This document shows, in pieces, positions 61,902 through 64,000 of a stretch of DNA of 64,000 bases (the first letter of the stretch is position 1; every line of letters starts with the position of its first letter). Made by a program: the position numbers and the translations under genes. Location of the stretch: assembly GCA_949283025.1 (NCBI GenBank), contig CASDRB010000012.1, positions 197,384 to 261,383 on the forward strand, given 5' to 3'. This DNA is from an uncultured bacterium. GTDB taxonomy: Bacteria > Bacillota_I > Bacilli_A > RFN20 > CAG-826. The notes beneath the pieces were generated by a model that was given only the letters and a program-made list of their open reading frames with translations, did not search any database and was not told the origin of the DNA.

Positions 61902-62525
61902 TTATTTGTCTGTCCAAGTAGCTGTAACAGTCACTGTTAAAGTAAATTTTTTGCTATTTAATGCAGTAACCATGGCATCATATTCTGTTTTGTCAGCTGG
62001 TTTATCAACATATGTCCAAGTTAATGGCACACTAGACCATTTATGAATGGTCCCAGAACTCATTGTGCCAGCATTATAATTATCAACAACGACATCACTA
62101 GCACTTTCTTTTGCAAGTCCATTAGTTAAATCAAAATAAGTTGTGACATTATCAGTTGAACTAATAGCAACTGTATAAGAAAGTGTCAATTTGCTATTTG
62201 TAAGTAATTCTTGTAAACCACCAACTGTTTCATATGAAACTTTAATATCATAAGAAGTTACGGTGGATTTTATTCCTTCACTTGCAATACTAGCATTAGC
62301 AATACCGCCTTGATCTAAAGTTAAATTAACTGCGGTTAAATCGTTATCAGTATCAACTTCCTTTATTTCTACTTTCAACTTATCAACTACCGGGGTAATA
62401 CTGAAAGTTCCACTAAGCGTATCAGTAACTGAGGTATCACTAAATACCCAAGCAGAAAAACCTGAACCGACCACGACAGCTGCTCCTAAAACAGGTAGCA
62501 TGAAATTATAAAATTTTTTATGCAT
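61902..62525 (-). CDS. Secreted protein with SipW-type leader; putative major fibre subunit 2A
   Basis: Leader ends SGFSAW; LDQGG; C-terminal KP..helix..TLTVTVTA; strong SD aggaggg. Confidence 0.6.
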   Translation of the reverse strand: MHKKFYNFMLPVLGAAVVVGSGFSAWVFSDTSVTDTLSGTFSITPVVDKLKVEIKEVDTDNDLTAVNLTLDQGGIANASIASEGIKSTVTSYDIKVSYETVGGLQELLTNSKLTLSYTVAISSTDNVTTYFDLTNGLAKESASDVVVDNYNAGTMSSGTIHKWSSVPLTWTYVDKPADKTEYDAMVTALNSKKFTLTVTVTATWTDK

Positions 62526-62714
62526 AACAAATCCCTCCTTCTAAAGAAAAATGCACAAAACCTTATCGGTGTATATATATTAAGATAAAGATACAAAAAA
62601 ATACAAAAACCGCATTTTTGTCGTGTATTTATATGATTTTTGTGGATTATAGTTAAGGAAAAATATACATTTAATCTATTATTTTGTATTTTTTCCACAA
62701 AAAATTAAAAATAA

Positions 62715-62727
62715 CCCCCCCCCCCCC
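62715..62727. repeat. C13 homopolymer (G13 on the coding strand of cluster 2)
   Basis: ataa-ccccccccccccc-gaaa in an otherwise extremely AT-rich intergenic region. Confidence 0.9.
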
Positions 62728-62844
62728 GAAATTTTTAAAAGTTTTCATACTTTTTTTAAAAAAAGTTCAATTATTTCTATTTTTTACAACGAAATTCGAT
62801 TATTTTATAGACATTTTTGACCAAAATGTAATTTTATATTATAC

Positions 62845-62869
62845 AAAAAAACACAGCATAAACGCTGTG
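62845..62869 (-). terminator. Intrinsic terminator after zinc-ribbon gene
   Basis: A-run plus cacagc-ataaac-gctgtg. Confidence 0.65.
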
Positions 62870-62896
62870 CAAAAAAACAACAAAAAACGCTTTTTA

Positions 62897-63286
62897 TTAG
62901 AAAAATGCAATAGCATTAGTAATACTAGGTAAAATCAAAATTCCATAAATTACTGACCAGACAATGCTTAAAACAAAGCCAATTAACGCACCAATACCAG
63001 CGGCTTTTGCTTTGGCTGGTTCACTTTTCAACCATACACAAAATAAAATTAATCCTGCTAGTGGAATAAAAAATCCTAATATCCCCCATCCGATAGCACT
63101 AGAATTGCTAACAGAAGATGTTGAGTTATTATAATTAGGTGTTGCATTTTGTTGAGGCTGTGGTTGATTAACAGTTGGTTGAGGTTCTACTTCTGGTTGA
63201 GAAGAATCAACAAGCGTAGCACCACAAAATGTACAAAATTTAGCACTATCATCTACTTCACGACCGCATTTTGGACAAATTTTCAT
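62897..63286 (-). CDS. Zinc-ribbon domain membrane protein
   Basis: CPKCG...FCTFCG, P/Q-rich linker, two TM helices (GFFIPLAGLIL). Confidence 0.8.
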   Translation of the reverse strand: MKICPKCGREVDDSAKFCTFCGATLVDSSQPEVEPQPTVNQPQPQQNATPNYNNSTSSVSNSSAIGWGILGFFIPLAGLILFCVWLKSEPAKAKAAGIGALIGFVLSIVWSVIYGILILPSITNAIAFF

Positions 63287-63443
63287 TGCTATTTTTTCTC
63301 CTTTTATACATTATTAATAATATTATATTCGTTTAAAAATATAAATTAAATAAACAAAACGACAATAAAATGTATTTTGATAAATATTTTTTCTTTGCTA
63401 ATCCTAATACATTGTTTATACTAAAAACGAAAGGGGAATATAT

Positions 63444-63653
63444 ATGTCTAACAAATCAAGACTAGCGGCTTTATTGCTTTGCTTTTTCTTAGGCGGAATC
63501 GGTGTCCATCGTTTTTATGTTGGTAAAATTGGCACAGGTATTTTATGGCTCTTTACTGGCGGATGCTTTGGCATTGGTGTTATCGTCGACTTTATCATGA
63601 TTGCTGTTGGTGCATTCAAAGATAAAGCAGGAAATGTCATTAGCAAATGGTAA
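63444..63653 (+). CDS. TM2-domain protein
   Basis: KSRLAALLLCFFLGGIGVHRFYVGKIGTG. Confidence 0.88.
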   Translation: MSNKSRLAALLLCFFLGGIGVHRFYVGKIGTGILWLFTGGCFGIGVIVDFIMIAVGAFKDKAGNVISKW

Positions 63654-63679
63654 TTTAGTTAATTAAATTACTTTAAAAT

Positions 63680-63708
63680 AAAACTGCCCAGTTGATGGGC
63701 AGTTTTTT
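63680..63708. terminator. Bidirectional intrinsic terminator
   Basis: aaaactgccca-gttga-tgggcagtttt. Confidence 0.8.
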
Positions 63709-63722
63709 AAATCCACAATTAA

Positions 63723-64000
63723 TTAAGATTCTAAATAAAACGCGAATGAATTTAATGCGACTGTAAAATATTTTCCAATAAAATTGCTATCAAACGCAAT
63801 TCTAACATACTGTATTTGGTTTTCAAATTTAATGTCTTTTCTTGATAGACCTTTAGCGTTTGCATCAGCAGCAAATTCTTCCGTCCAATCTTGAGCTAAA
63901 TCCCATGTTATTCCATCACTTGAAGTATATATTAGTGCTTTATAAAACTTTGATTGAATATTTGAAATTTGATTTTCAAATAAAGCACCATAAGTAAATG
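63723..64000 (-). CDS. 3' end of a gene, possible discoidin/F5-8-like beta-sandwich
   Basis: Open frame ...IYTSSDGITW...QYVRIAF...FYLES* entering from the window edge. Confidence 0.5.
   Translation of the reverse strand, partial: FTYGALFENQISNIQSKFYKALIYTSSDGITWDLAQDWTEEFAADANAKGLSRKDIKFENQIQYVRIAFDSNFIGKYFTVALNSFAFYLES

Noticed and set aside
62486-62932. ORFs 62486-62698 (-) and 62684-62932 (+, PPPP from the C-tract)
   Set aside because: Low-complexity translations of an AT-rich promoter/terminator region with no SD; the tract is better explained as non-coding.
1050-63349. Numerous 60-120 aa ORFs antisense to or nested in long genes (e.g. 8840-9148, 36021-36368, 50837-51202, 52387-52728)
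   Set aside because: They are shadows of well-supported genes and carry no recognisable motifs.
1-64000. Genetic code 4 (Mollicutes-like), given the low GC
   Set aside because: Long ORFs are intact under code 11, Trp is TGG, and TGA serves as a stop in ATGA gene overlaps.

Overview
Very AT-rich bacterial chromosome segment using genetic code 11 (TGG=Trp, TGA=stop). Gene content suggests an anaerobic, gut-type Bacilli/Erysipelotrichales-like organism; the taxonomy is inference only. I saw no rRNA, tRNA, CRISPR array, integrase or transposase. The first ~28 kb is metabolic: partial rnfC, acyl-CoA ligase, flavodiiron protein, preTA, a galactose/alpha-galactoside cluster whose galK has an in-frame stop, and GH1 and GH13 glucosidases. 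The region from 28 to 64 kb is dominated by cell-surface genes. The main candidate system consists of three clusters of unannotated secreted proteins that share an N-terminal hydrophobic helix ending in a GF[SG][AS]W-like motif, resembling SipW-cognate (TasA-type) leaders. Two clusters carry their own SipW-like Ser/His signal peptidase. Cluster 1 (28354-40110) continues as a tightly coupled operon: a membrane-anchored McrB-type AAA+ NTPase, a DUF2357/McrC-like partner with no obvious nuclease motif, an ABC exporter, a large surface protein and a repeat lipoprotein. Cluster 2 (57088-62525) has a C13/G13 homopolymer upstream, suggesting phase variation. A surface starch-degradation locus and a membrane-anchored extracellular nuclease lie between the clusters.
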